A DNA stretch of 64,000 bases from Octopus sinensis. Its lineage: Eukaryota. The stretch is taken from assembly GCF_006345805.1 (NCBI RefSeq), contig NC_043000.1, forward strand, positions 10,602,001 through 10,666,000, written 5' to 3'. A program made the translations under genes and the position numbers. Below, in pieces: positions 14,100 to 26,009 of this stretch; position 1 is the first letter of the stretch, and each line of letters opens with the position of its first letter. The notes below the pieces were generated by a model. The model made no database searches, was not told the origin of the DNA, and saw nothing but the letters and a program-made list of their open reading frames with translations.

Positions 14100-14645
14100 A
14101 CATGGTACCATGTTAAAAACACCCATGCTGGTGTCACATAGAAAAGCACCCATACATGTGCCATATATAAAAGCACTTGTGCCTGTGCGATGTAGGAAAG
14201 CACTCATGCCTGTGCAATGTAGGAAGACACTTGCACCGGTGCCATGCAGGAAAGCACTCGTGCCGGTGCCATGCAGGGAAGCACCCATGCCAGTGCCATC
14301 TAGAAAAGCACCCACACTGGTGCAACAAACCACCCATGCCTGTGCGATGTAGAAAAGCACTCGCATCGGTGCCATGTGCAAACCACTCATGCCGGTGCGA
14401 TGTAGAAAAGCACTCATGGCAGTGCCACATACAAAGCACCTGTGTCGCGTATAAAGCAGCCAGCACACTCTGTAAAGTGGTTGGCATTAGGAAGGGCATC
14501 CAGTCATAGAGTGTATGCCAAAGCAGACATTTACAGCCTGGGTAGCTCTCTGGCTGGCCAGCTCCTGTCAAGTCACCCAACCCATGCCAGCATGGAAAAC
14601 AGGCATCAAATGAGGCTGATGCTATTCTCTCAGAACATCAGTTAA
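14100..14645 (+). mobile_element. Family C repeat carrying a 27-bp tandem array
   Basis: About 11-12 diverged copies of GCCGGTGCCATGTAGAAAAGCACTCAT-like units at 14130-14445, then the family C core. Confidence 0.78.
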
Positions 14646-15920
14646 ATGGTTATATGATACTATTTTGACATCCAGACATTTATTGCTGCTGAAAAGCTGC
14701 AATAAATGTCTGTAAATCTTCCTTGCAAAGATTTGCTTTTTATTTTATAGGACGTTGACAGCAAGACTTTGGCTCACTGCAGCAGCATTCAGTGATCAGC
14801 AACAAGATTATTGTTTCAAACGGTAGAGTCTGCAGATTACCCTGTCAGAAGTAAACCATATGATGTATGTGTCAGATGTATTGCCTTGTAAAGCAGTGTA
14901 ACGTGAATGTATAGTGAAGGTAATTTGGTTAACATTTTACAAATCTATTTAATGAATCTTTTATTCATCCCCTACCTCTGAGCATGTGATATTAAATATT
15001 CTCATTTAACAACTAATTCATTTCATTCACTAATTAATTTTATTGCTTTTTGTCTAAAATAGGCTTTTTAACACAGATTTTGGCTTTCACATATGTTTGA
15101 AATGGATGTCTGGTAGTTGGTTGAATCGGGTCTATTCTTTAATATATTCATCTTTTTTATTTTCATTTACAATATCAATATGATGTTAACTCCATTGTCT
15201 CTGGTACTTTAGAGAAAATATGATAATATAATAATTATAATATTTGATTGGAAGCCTGGTCGTTTTGTAATTAGAAAATATTGTTACAGAACATAGTGTT
15301 TGTTTAGTATGTTACAATATATTAGCAACCAATAAGCCCCTGTTCACTATATCATAAAATAGCACAAATATAAGACTAGTTAGTTTGTATGTGATAGCTT
15401 GATCTGCTAGAAATAACAACCAAATTTCTCTTAAATCATACTGTGTCATATTAAGAAAGGGGGAACGCATTAGAACACAGCACCACTTTTAAGTTTCTCC
15501 CTTTTATTATAGTATAAATGTTTTTTTTTTTTATTTATACAAGGTAAACTTATAGGTCTTCGGGGTTACTTTGTTAATAGGAATTTATTGATGCAGTAAC
15601 TGAAAATAAAACTTCTATTTTAAGAAATCAGCAAAAAAAGTGAAATGTTTACTTTAGGTGTAGCCGTGTAGTAAGAAGTTTGCTTCCAAACTACATGGTT
15701 CCAGGTTCAGTCTCATTGTGTGGCACCTTGGGCAAGTGTCTTCTACTATAGTCCCAGGCTGACCAAAGCCTTTGTCAATGGATTTGGTAGACGGAAACTA
15801 AAAGAGGCTTGTTGTGTGTGTGTATTTGTCCCACATCATTGCTTGACAACTGGTGCTGGTTTGTTTACATCCTCATGAATTAGCAGTTCGGCAAAAGAGA
15901 TTGATAGAATAAGAAACAGG

Positions 15921-16150
15921 CGGCAGGCTGGCAGAAACATTAGCATGCCGGGCGAAATGTTTAGCGGTATTTTGTCTGCTGTTACGTTCTGAGTTCAAAT
16001 TCCGCCGTATGACTTTGCCTTTCATCCTTTCGGGATCGATTAAATAAGTACCAGTTACGCACTGGGGTCGATATAATCGACTTAATCTGTTTGTCTGTCC
16101 TTGTTTGTCCCCTCTGTGTGTAGCCCCTTAGGGGCAGTCAAGAAATAAGT
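15921..16150 (+). mobile_element. SINE family B nested in a family A copy (15655-16250)
   Basis: Flanked by the imperfect direct repeat AATAAG(A/T)AACAGGC. Confidence 0.82.
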
Positions 16151-17059
16151 AACAGGCTTAAAAATAAGTCCTGGGGTCAATTTATTCAACAGCATTACTG
16201 CAATCCAATGGCCAAAACAAATAAAAGTAAAAGATCCAATCCAAGTAAAAAGATAAGGTAAATTTTATTGGTTTCAGATTTTGGTACAAGGCCAGCAATT
16301 TTGGATGAATGGATTAAGTTGATTACATCGACCCATGTTTAACTGATACTTATTTTATCGACCCCAAAAGGATGAAAAGTAAAGTTGACCATGGCAGAAT
16401 TTGAACTCAGAATGTACAGGCTGACAAAATCCCACTAAACATTTTGCCCAGTGCACTAACGGTTCAGCCAGCTCACCACCCTAATTAGATAAATTATATT
16501 AATGATTTATTATGTGGTTGATTAGTTTACTTCCCAACCACATGGTTTCAGGTTTAGTCCCACGATGTGGCATCTTGAGTAAGCGTCTTCTACTATAACA
16601 TTGGACCAACTAAAGCCTTGTAAATGGATTTGGTAGATGGAAACTGAAAGAAGCCCTTTATGTACATTATAACACTTGGAAGCAAGTATAACTGTTTGGT
16701 TAAGAAATTCACTTCACCACTAAGTTGTTCTGGCCTTGCTCCAACTACTAGATTAACCAATGCCTTGTGATTTAAATCTTTTAAGCATAAAATGTGCAGA
16801 AAGCCCATTGTGTATGTATGTATGTATGTGTGTGTGTCTCATCTCATCTCTTTTATCTTTTTTTTTTTGTTTCAGTCATTAGACTACCTCCATGCTAGGG
16901 CTTCACTGAGAAATTCTTAGTCAAATAAATCAACACTAGTGCTTTTTTTTTTTTTTAAGCTTGGTACTTATTCTGTCAATTTCTTTAGAAGATACTTGCC
17001 CAAGGTGCCATGCAACAGGACTGAACCCAGAACCATGTGGTTGGGTAGCAAGCTTCTTA

Positions 17060-17288
17060 TTTCTTTATTGCCCACAAGGGGCTAAACATAGAGGGGACAA
17101 ACAAGGACAGACAAAGTGATTAAGTCAATTATATCGACCCCAGTGCGTAACTGGTACTTAATTTATCGACCCCAAAAGGATGAAAGGCAAAGTTGACCTT
17201 GGCGGAATTTGAACTCAGAATGTAATGGCATGCAAAATATTGCAAGGCATTTCACCCGGCATGCTGACATTTCTGCCAGTTTGCCGAA
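17060..17288 (-). mobile_element. SINE family B nested in a family A copy
   Basis: Perfect 15-bp TSD GTAGCAAGCTTCTTA (17045-17059, 17289-17303). Confidence 0.88.
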
Positions 17289-18905
17289 GTAGCAAGCTTC
17301 TTACCACACAGCCACTCCTGCACCTATGTACTTGTTTTTCTTTTCCGGACATGTCCACAGATGACCACATTATCTGATATAGCCTTTCCCTTTTTAAGAC
17401 TGTTAGAATGTGATTTTTACTGCTATTTCTAATAGACCACAGAATTTCACTAAAAGTACCAACCAAGTACTATGGTCATTGTAATCTGCTAACCCCTACC
17501 CCCTTACAGATTGCTAACCTTTTGCCTAAATCAAACAACCATTGTTCTCTAGCCTTAGTTCAGTCCTGATTGAGTAAACCAGCTAATCAAAATATTCCAA
17601 CCATTGGCTCTCTCATTTTATATTCAGACATAAAGCTAGTGGGACTACATTATACAATATGTCCTTCCTTTCTTTTGAAGACAATAAAATATGATTTGAA
17701 GAAGAATATCACTGCTGTTTCTGACAGGCTGTGTAATCTAACAGAGACTTCCTTCATGAATGCTTACTTTGATTGCTATGTGTTCTACTTGCATTTTATT
17801 ATGCTGATTCCTTTGTAATTAGTATATCTTTTGTTGCGTAGAAGGTTATTGTAAATTTCTTTATTCAACTTCCATTATTGTGTGCTGAGAATATAAAATA
17901 CATTATGTGATTTTTATTATTTTTGTAATACATACACACATACATACATACATACATACCTGTGTGATGTTTCTGCTAAAATGATTAATTCATTCAATAG
18001 ATTTCACTTGAATTTATTTGTGCTTTTATTTTTGTTCTTGTATCAGTGATCCTCATATTTCTCTATATTCATGGCTTTGTCCTTTCATGAACTTAATTAT
18101 GTGTTTTTTTTTTTTTATGTCTTCATTACTGTAGAAGTTTGACTGTCTTTTCCACCTTGTGGCTAGAAGTTTTATATTACATTTCCAAGAAACATGAATT
18201 TTCGTCATCAAACAGCTGATAATTGCTTTTTTTTGTTATGTTCAAGTAAATGAATACCATTAAGCCACATGTTAATTTAGTTTGCTATAAGCTGTGGGTA
18301 ATACATAATGAATCATTGTGTGTGTGTGATTATCATCATCCTTTAGTGTCCACTTTTCTATGCTTACCTGGATCAGATAAAGTATATTGAGGCAGGTTTT
18401 CTACAGCCAAATACCCTTCCAATTGCCAACCCTCACCTGTTTCCAAGCAAGATAATATTTCCCATTGCCAGACATGTTTTTCATTGAGAACTGGAAATGA
18501 AAAACATTGCTTCTATGACAGTGATGTTCATTTACAATCATTACATTTATCAAGACAAGGGTACACCCAAACACACACACAATCTATGGGCTTCTTTCAG
18601 TTTTCATCTATCAAATCCACTTGCAAAGCTTTGGTTGGCCCAGGGCTATTGTAGAAGACACACATGCATATACACACTTACATGTACTTTTGAAGACTGA
18701 GAACCCGGAAGGATCAAAAACTATCTAGTAATTTTGTAAAAGAGTATGGTTAATGGTGGCACCAGAAAAGAACTTTCATCAACCTACAGGCCCAGTATTT
18801 ACCACAGAGATAAATACTAGATTGGTGTCTGGAACAGGATAACCTCATGGGCATATAGCTGCTGATAAACTATTTATTTGAAAAACTCTAAGAAAATCTT
18901 GGACT

Positions 18906-19322
18906 GGGATCTTTTCGGTTTGAACGGCAGTTTTTTCTAGCGGTGTCATATGAAATTGTCACCCATAATTATGACCCTAGTATCAATCTATTGCATTTCA
19001 ATCTGTTTTAGGGTTAGGGGTTGGCGGAAGGGTATCTTTTTTTCTTGCGAAATGTAAATAAACCCAATCTGTTTCTTAAACGAGGGACATTCATATGGCA
19101 CAGAATGTTTTCACTTTCACCTCAATAGACGTCATTGATTGGTTGAAATTGCAGAAATTGAAGAAAAAAAAAACAACAAATATCTTACAAGCTATAGAAT
19201 TTTCTCAATAAAGCCAAGAGAAAAAGATGTTTTATAAACACATTCTATCAGTATACGAAGTTTAAGTGTTTAGTTACGTGGAAATTATTTTAAAAAGCTG
19301 CCGGTCAAACCGAAAAGATCCC
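18906..19322. mobile_element. MITE with about 30-bp TIRs and a 7-8 bp TSD
   Basis: GGGATCTTTTCGGTTTGAACGGCAGTTTTT ... AAAAGCTGCCGGTCAAACCGAAAAGATCCC; TTGGACT directly repeated at 18899-18905 and 19323-19329. Confidence 0.88.
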
Positions 19323-19570
19323 TTGGACTGTATGGCTAAGAAGTTCACATTGTAGTCACGTAATTTCTAGAGCAATCCCACTGCGCTGCTGTGTTGTATC
19401 GGATATGTCATATATTGTATCTAATTTATCTTGCCGTGTTTGTCATGTATGGTGTATTGCATTATATCTTACTAATATGTTGTTTCTTTTAACTTACAGA
19501 TATTTGTAGTAACTGACACAGTTCCAGTATTGAAGTTATTCAAGTAAGTAGATATCTTTTTACCATTGTT

Positions 19571-19848
19571 TACATTATTTACATTTGACAGATATTTGTC
19601 CTCATCTTGTTTGTTAACACAATGTTTTCGCTGATATACCCTCCAGCTTTCATTGGGTGTTCTGGGGAAATTTCATACCTGGTTTCTCATTCTTAAGATA
19701 TTTTTCAATGTTATTATTACTATTATTATTCAGGTCACTGCTTGAAATCGAACTCAGAATCTTGGGGTTAACAACAAACAAGATGAGGACAAATATCCGT
19801 CAAATATAAATAATGTACATAATTCTTCATCTCTTAAATATAGAACTG
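19571..19848 (-). mobile_element. Second, more decayed copy of the 25.5-kb HHR-bearing element
   Basis: About 45-bp inverted arms (19571-19614 and 19771-19818); internal sequence aligns with 25570-25730; the HHR core (19616-19660) is mutated. Confidence 0.72.
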
Positions 19849-20650
19849 TATTATCTTTTTACCAATCTAGTATTTTGGATAATTTTTTTTGTTTTTAATA
19901 TAGCAACTTGACTTACAGATTTAGTCAAAGTTGTGGAAACAAACTTGATTGGAGAACTAAATATTTTTGTAGTTTTATGAATATATTTGTCCTGTTTTTA
20001 TGTCATTTATATTTAGAAGCTCTGAGAGAAAATCATTATGTAAGCTTTTTAAGCTTTTATTATTGTGTTGTTTCTATCTTGATGTAGTCTGTAGAAAGAC
20101 AGTGAAATAGCAGTGACTGATGTGTTTGGGCATAACTAATTTATATATATATATATTCCATGGACATTCATTGAAGCTAACAATAAAACTGTCTGTCCTT
20201 CAAATTCGGATGGAGAAAGAACAAGTTTTCTTCAGTTGATTGTTTGTTCAAGCTGTTTACTACTTCTTTCCACTAGCAATGTACAGCAAGTTAGCTACAC
20301 AATTAGCATAACTTTTCCCAATTAGCAAGTTATCAAAACCCAGCGAGCAACATTGGTGCAACACTTTTTTTCTTTTTCAGATTACTGGTGTCCTCATTGT
20401 GTCAAATGTCATTTGAAACTTTTTGTATTATTTTGAAAATGTAAACAATTATTCCTTGCAGCAACTGTTGATGCCTGCTATTGTACACTATTGCCCTTTC
20501 TTTTTCCTCTCACAGCTGCCAACCTCATTGTTGGCAACACCATGCACTGACACACTATTAACCTCTACTTTCTTCCCAAGATCCATAAGGCCATCACCTC
20601 TGCTCATCTTATTGTTTCTTCCTGCAGTTACCCTATGCAACTAATCTTAA

Positions 20651-20858
20651 CCCTTTCGTTACCAACCCGGCTGAAACCACCTCTGGCTCTGAGTACAAAT
20701 GTCTTGTTTTCATAAGTTTTGAATTAAAATCTTAGTCACAATTTATGTTCCTAACACTAGCTGAATGATAACTAAGTTATTTTACTAAATTCTTTGTTAT
20801 ATTTAAAATAATTGAAAGAAACACAGAGCATCTCAACAGAAATATGGAACTGAAAGGG
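20651..20858 (+). mobile_element. piggyBac-like MITE copy 2
   Basis: TTAA|CCCTTTCGTTACC ... GAAAGGG|TTAA. Confidence 0.82.
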
Positions 20859-21414
20859 TTAAACTACCTAGTTCAATTCTTGTCATCTTCGATAGCATCC
20901 TTCACTCATATCCGTTTCACCAACCTTGCTTTATACATCTTCAACTCCTCTTTCCCCTGCTCAGTCTCCCACAGTTATTTTCTACCATGGCTTTTGAATT
21001 CTTCTACACCATCATTCCTCACCTCGATGTATCTCCTAACCTCAAATACTTTCTCAAACATCACATCCTGCTCAAGATCACCATCCTTACTCTCCTTCAC
21101 CCAACAAAACTCATCTTTACACTCAACTGTTTCACCTTTTCTCAGAAGTTTTACCAGCAAGTTACTGGAATGGCTGTAGGTGCCATGAAGGGACCCATCT
21201 TATCAGCCTGTTTCATTAACTTGGGAGCTCATATCTTAACTTGTTTCACCACTCCACTACAGAGCTATACAGTTATTACATCAATGACTGTATTGACACT
21301 TCCCTGCTTATCCATGTACTATTCACCACCTTCATTTCCTTCTTCAGCTCCTACCTTGCTATAGAATTCACAATACTGATTTATTTGACACCAGATGTTT
21401 CCATATTTTTCTAG

Positions 21415-21860
21415 TTCTCTCTTTCTTCTCTCCTCTCTTCTCTCCTCTCCCTCTCTTCTCTCCTCTCTCTTCTCCCTCTTTTCTCTCTTCTCTCCTCTCT
21501 CTTCTCCCTCTTTTCTCTCTTCTCCCACTCTTCTCTCCCACTCTTCTCTCCCACTCTTCTCTCCCACTCTTCTCTCCCTCTCTTCTCTCCCTCTCTTCTC
21601 TCCCTCTCTTCTCTCCCTCTCTTCTCTCCCTCTCTTCTCTCCCTCTCTTCTCTCCCTCTCTTCTCTCCCTCCTCTCATCTCCCTTCTCTCATCTCCCTTC
21701 TCTCATCTCCCTTCTCTCATCTCCCTTCTCTCATCTCCCTTCTCTCATCTCCCTTCTCTCATCTCCCTTCTCTCATCTCCCTTCTCTCATCTCCCTTCTC
21801 TCATCTCCCTTCTCTCATCTCCCTTCTCTCATCTCCCTTCTCTCATCTCCCTTCTCTCTT
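21415..21860. repeat. Polypyrimidine minisatellite (CTCTTCTCTCC-type units then 14-bp TCTCATCTCCCTTC units)
   Basis: Directly visible tandem repeat; explains the spurious RE-rich and SL-rich ORFs. Confidence 0.92.
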
Positions 21861-21929
21861 CTCAATTAAAGATGTGATTTTCTCTATCCATATTTTTGTT
21901 ATTATACATATATATATACCTGTTGAGTC

Positions 21930-22282
21930 AAAACCAAAATCGTAGCTGTGGCCAGTGCCCCCTGACTGGATCCTGTGTCGGTGGCACGTAAAAAGCAGTA
22001 TCTGAACGTGGTTGACGCCAGGTCCGCCTGGCTGGCTCCCATGCCGGTGGCATGTAAAAAGCACTATCCGAATGTAATCGATTCCACAGCCGCCTAACTG
22101 GCTTCTGTGCCCATGGCACATAAAAAGCACCCACTACACTCTCGGAGTGGTTGGCACTAGGAAGGGCATCCAGCTGTAGAAACTGCCAGATCAGATTGGA
22201 GCCTGGTGCAGCTACTGGCTCTCCAGGCCTCAGTCAAGCCGTCCAACTGATGCCAGCATGGAAAACAGACGTTAAATGATGG
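21930..22282 (+). mobile_element. Family C repeat
   Basis: Same modules and core as 515-880. Confidence 0.8.
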
Positions 22283-22304
22283 TGTGTGTGTGTGTGTGTG
22301 TGTG

Positions 22305-22510
22305 AAGTATATTTGCCATGTAAGTGTGGCTAACCACTAAGGGTGGATGCTACTGTAGCTTGTAGCCCCAGGAGAACATCTTCTCCAGCTGGCTATTGAC
22401 ACACTTTCTGTGCCCTATCAGTATTTACAAAGGGAAGCCATCCTTCCCATTGTCGACCTGACGTGATATGCATGGACCCGGGTTTCTGGGTATTTACCCG
22501 TCGTCAGCGC
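22305..22510 (-). mobile_element. About 200-bp HHR-bearing element between (TG)n and (CA)n tracts
   Basis: GC-richer island carrying the 22468-22514 motif; boundaries inferred from the flanking microsatellites. Confidence 0.45.
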
Positions 22511-22514
22511 ACAC
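22468..22514 (-). ncRNA. Minimal type I hammerhead ribozyme motif (slightly decayed)
   Basis: Minus strand: GTGTGCG-CTGACGA-C-GGGT AAAT ACCC-A-GAAA-CCCGG-GTC-CATGCAT; palindromic stem III ACCCGGGT; GUC triplet; two mismatches compatible with CpG decay. Confidence 0.72.
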
Positions 22515-23540
22515 ACACACACACACTTTTACATATACACTGACTATCCTATTTCTTTTCAAGTATAACTGATGTTTACTCTTCTCTTTGCCAGAAGCCA
22601 CATACCATGCCTTTTCTATTCCACCATTCTTACCGTGTTTTGTTTTATAATATACATTTTTTTTCTCTGGTTATTCTCCTTTTTTTTTTTGTCTCTTTAT
22701 CTGTCTTGGCAAAGGACAATTTGTCAAAAACGTCAGTATCTCTTCCTTTTCTTCATTGATTTTGTTGTGGTTGGTTTTCATTTTTTTTCTTAAACTTTTA
22801 TTTACGTAATTTGCCTTCTAAATATCATCTGTGATATATGTTGATCAATCATTGTATGACTTCATTTGAAGCACAAGGACACATACACATACACACGTGT
22901 GTGTGTGTACAAATACATATGACGTAGATAAACAGTTATGACTTGAAACCAGGTGAAAACTTGTGTGTAGATTTGGTATTGAAACATTAATGCAAACACA
23001 CACACAAGCACACACTGACTACATGCTGGATGTGAGAACTAACAAAAGAACCTTTGTCGTTTGTTCAACCTGCTAGAAATACCTGCTGTGGCTACCTCAA
23101 ATTATATCTTACCATCTAAAAAAAGAAAGGTATATTGGACAAATTAGTCCTGGATATACGAAAATGTTGGGTCGTGGTTGGAACATATTTAATCATAGAT
23201 TGTACCTAATTAGGGTTGACTTGGCTACTAAATAACAATATACTTTTATTCTCTTACTGGCTTCATTCATTGGATTGCAGTGTCGCTGGGGCAGTACTTT
23301 CAAGAGTTTAGTCATATATTGGCCCCAGTACTTATTTTAAAGTCTGTTACTTATTTTATTAATTTCCATTTGTCAAACGGCTGTTATAAAACATAAACAC
23401 AAGGACACAATTGTGTGTGTGTGTGTGGTGGGTTTTCTGTACTGTTTCTGTTTACCAAATTTTGCTCACAAGTTATTAGTCACTGAGGCGATAGTAGATA
23501 ACACTTACCCAAAGTATCATGCATTAGGACTAAAATCGTA

Positions 23541-23670
23541 TAAAAAAAAATAATAATAATGAAATTATTGTATACAGTGCTCAGGTGCACCACAACTTGT
23601 CAAAAGTGCATATAAAGCATATGCAGTAATGTACAAATGTCTGGAAAGTGAACAGTGTATGAGTCAGATA
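23541..23670 (-). mobile_element. Very short CR1-type 3' end
   Basis: Minus strand reads AGTTGTGGTGCACCTGAGCACTGTATACAA then (TTA)n, nearly the same stem-loop and tail as 57949-58019. Confidence 0.6.
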
Positions 23671-24409
23671 TAGTTGTGAAGCTAACTTCTTAACCTAACA
23701 GCAACATAATCATAAACATCTTTCAATGCATCCTTCAATGTTAAGAGAACAACTGAAGAGTACTTAACAGCACCAGAAAATAATCTCTAAACATTTCAAG
23801 GAATTAGAACCATATTTTTATTATCTTCTTATCAATTCATGAACTGTCACAGTTCAAAATATATCACATTTTCTGCCTATATATGCTAACAGTTTCTCAT
23901 TGAAACACTACATTACGATTCATTAATGAGACACTACATTACGATTCATTAATGAGACACCATTTATTAATTACCATTCATTGATAAGGCAGTAAGCTGG
24001 CAGAATTGTTAGCACGCCAGGCAAAATGCTTAATTGTTTTTCGTCTGTCCTTGTGTTCTGAGTTCAAATTCTGCCAAGGTTGTCTTTGCCTTTCGTCCTC
24101 TCAGGGTCAATAAATTAAGTACCAGTTGCATATTGGGGTTGATCTAATCGACTGCCCCCCCCCCCCAATCAAATAAATTTGGGGCCTTGTTCCTAGAGTA
24201 GAAAAGAATCGTTAGCATACTGGGCAAAATGCTTAGTGGTATTTTACCTGTCTTATGTTCTGAGTTCAAATTCCAACATGGTCGACTTTGCCTTTCGTCC
24301 TCTTAGGGTCGATAAAATAAGTACCAGTTAAGCACTGGGGTCAATGTAATCTACTGTCCCCCAAGTTTCAGGCCTTGTGCCAAAATAAAGGATTAGTAAG
24401 ACACCTGGG

Positions 24410-24830
24410 TTTCATCTTCGGAATTAAGATGTTGGGGTTTCTCCAAAGAGTTTCTGGAGTAATGTTACTCAATAGAATGTATAGCTCTAAGATCAGGAAG
24501 TCTTTCCAGATTGAACCACTACTGCTTTGCATTGAGAGCTTACAGCTCCAACACCACAGACGTGATTAGAAGGCTTCAGAAAAACATAAGATAGATTCTT
24601 CAAGCCTAGCTAACCCTTAGGAGACAAGAGCATGAAAGTTTGATAATATCCATATGTTCAGTTGGTCAAGCTTGGGAATCCGGCAGAAAAGTGAAATGAT
24701 GATTGTCTCCAATGGGCCCCTTATGAATAAGGTGCCTGAGAACTCTACTTTCACAACCCTTCCAAGAATAGTAGGCAGCAAAGATGGGTGGATGGATTTT
24801 TTCTAAAGCATTACAAACCATCCTCAAGGC
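24410..24830 (+). mobile_element. Highly decayed CR1-group LINE fragment
   Basis: Residual SRL.HYC and GP.L.NK.P-like motifs across frames; many stops. Confidence 0.35.
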
Positions 24831-25509
24831 TTAGGTATACTCTACATGGATTATTATATAGCTAATTGTATTCAATTATATTCTTCTGCTTAAAAGAAAA
24901 TGCTCCTTGCCTAATAGACACAAACATCCTCCAATAATCAGTCTCTCATTAAACTAAATCTTTTTTTTTTTCTTCTGCTTATTATATACCTACCATTATT
25001 TTATATTCTTCTGAACCAATTTCAGCTAAAATTATCTTGATGCACTCGCCTCTCCTTTTACTATCAACTTCACTATCTCACCTTCTAAAGACACTTGCCC
25101 AAGGTGTCACATAGTGGGACTGCACTCTGAACCATGTGGCTAGGAAGCAAACACCTTTAATTTGTATTTGTTGAAGTGGGAGAATGATATATATATATAT
25201 ATATATATAAATATATATCCGGCATGTCAGTTGTGTAATGTATTGATGCAAGGTACATAACTCTGCTCGCACAAGTTTGACCACTTGATTCAAATTATCT
25301 CCCACTGATCAACCGATGGAAACAGTTTCCATTTGTACTTCAGAGTCGATGCTTTATTACCCTCAGTTTCTCCAAGTTATATTTGAAATGGAAGATGCAG
25401 TGGTGTAGGTAGTGGAGGAAATGCTGTCCAAGTTAAATTACTGAAAAATGGATGAGAGTGACATGCATGGCCTACATTATTTACATTCGACGGATATTTG
25501 TCCTCATCT

Positions 25510-25550
25510 GTCCTCTCTGTGTTTAGCCCCTTGTGGGTAGTAAAGAAATA
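25510..25550 (+). mobile_element. 41-bp 5'-truncated SINE family B insertion
   Basis: 3' terminus only; perfect 18-bp TSD GGATATTTGTCCTCATCT (25492-25509, 25551-25568). Confidence 0.85.
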
Positions 25551-25579
25551 GGATATTTGTCCTCATCTTGTTTGTTGTT

Positions 25580-25625
25580 AACACAACGTTTCGACTGATA
25601 TACCCTCCAGCCTTCTTCAGGTGTC
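25580..25625 (-). ncRNA. Minimal type I hammerhead ribozyme motif
   Basis: Minus strand: GACAC-CTGAAGA-A-GGCTG(GAGGGTATAT)CAGTC-GAAAC-GTT-GTGTT; stem I GACAC/GTGTT; palindromic AACGTT stem III; GUU triplet. Confidence 0.75.
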
Positions 25626-26009
25626 TTGGGGAAATTTCGAACTTGGGTTCTTATTCCTAAGGTATTTTTCGATGTTATTATTATTGTTGTTGTTATTGTT
25701 CAGGTCACTGCTTGGAATCGAACTCGGGATCTTGAGGTTAGTAGCCCGTGCTCTTATCTGTCGAATGTAAATAATGTACATAATTCTTCATCTCTGAAAT
25801 ATAGAAATGTATGGCCTAGTTGAATGGGACTGCTTTAACATATGGTTGCAGGCCGGAGATTACAACTGGGAAGAGGAACTTACCCGTAGTTGTCAGAACA
25901 TTTTCAAATCTGTAGCATTTCTCGGTTGACCCCTTCTGGAACCATTTCGTTCTACCCAATTTTATTTTTTATATATTTTTTTTTTTGTAATACTTTGTTT
26001 TATCACTTG

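Larger units (their letters stand above)
25473..25808 (-). mobile_element. Short non-coding HHR-bearing element with partial inverted terminal arms (PLE derivative)
   Basis: TACATTATTTACATTCGAC (25473) is inverted at 25760-25779; homologous to 19571-19848; carries the HHR at 25580-25625. Confidence 0.7.

Noticed and set aside
14130-14445. CRISPR-like appearance of the 27-bp array
   Set aside because: Units are contiguous and diverged with no unique spacers, no cas genes, eukaryotic context.
14053-14580. Several overlapping 99-148 aa ORFs on both strands
   Set aside because: A consequence of a stop-free 27-bp unit inside a repeat family; no domain evidence.
19008-19019. TTAGGG repeats
   Set aside because: Only two units, internal to a MITE; not an interstitial telomere.
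21319-21877. RE-rich and SL-rich ORFs, also at 49738-51065
   Set aside because: Translations of CT/GA low-complexity tracts.
23904-23958. 26-bp direct duplication (ACACTACATTACGATTCATTAATGAG)
   Set aside because: An isolated two-copy slippage event with no further structure.
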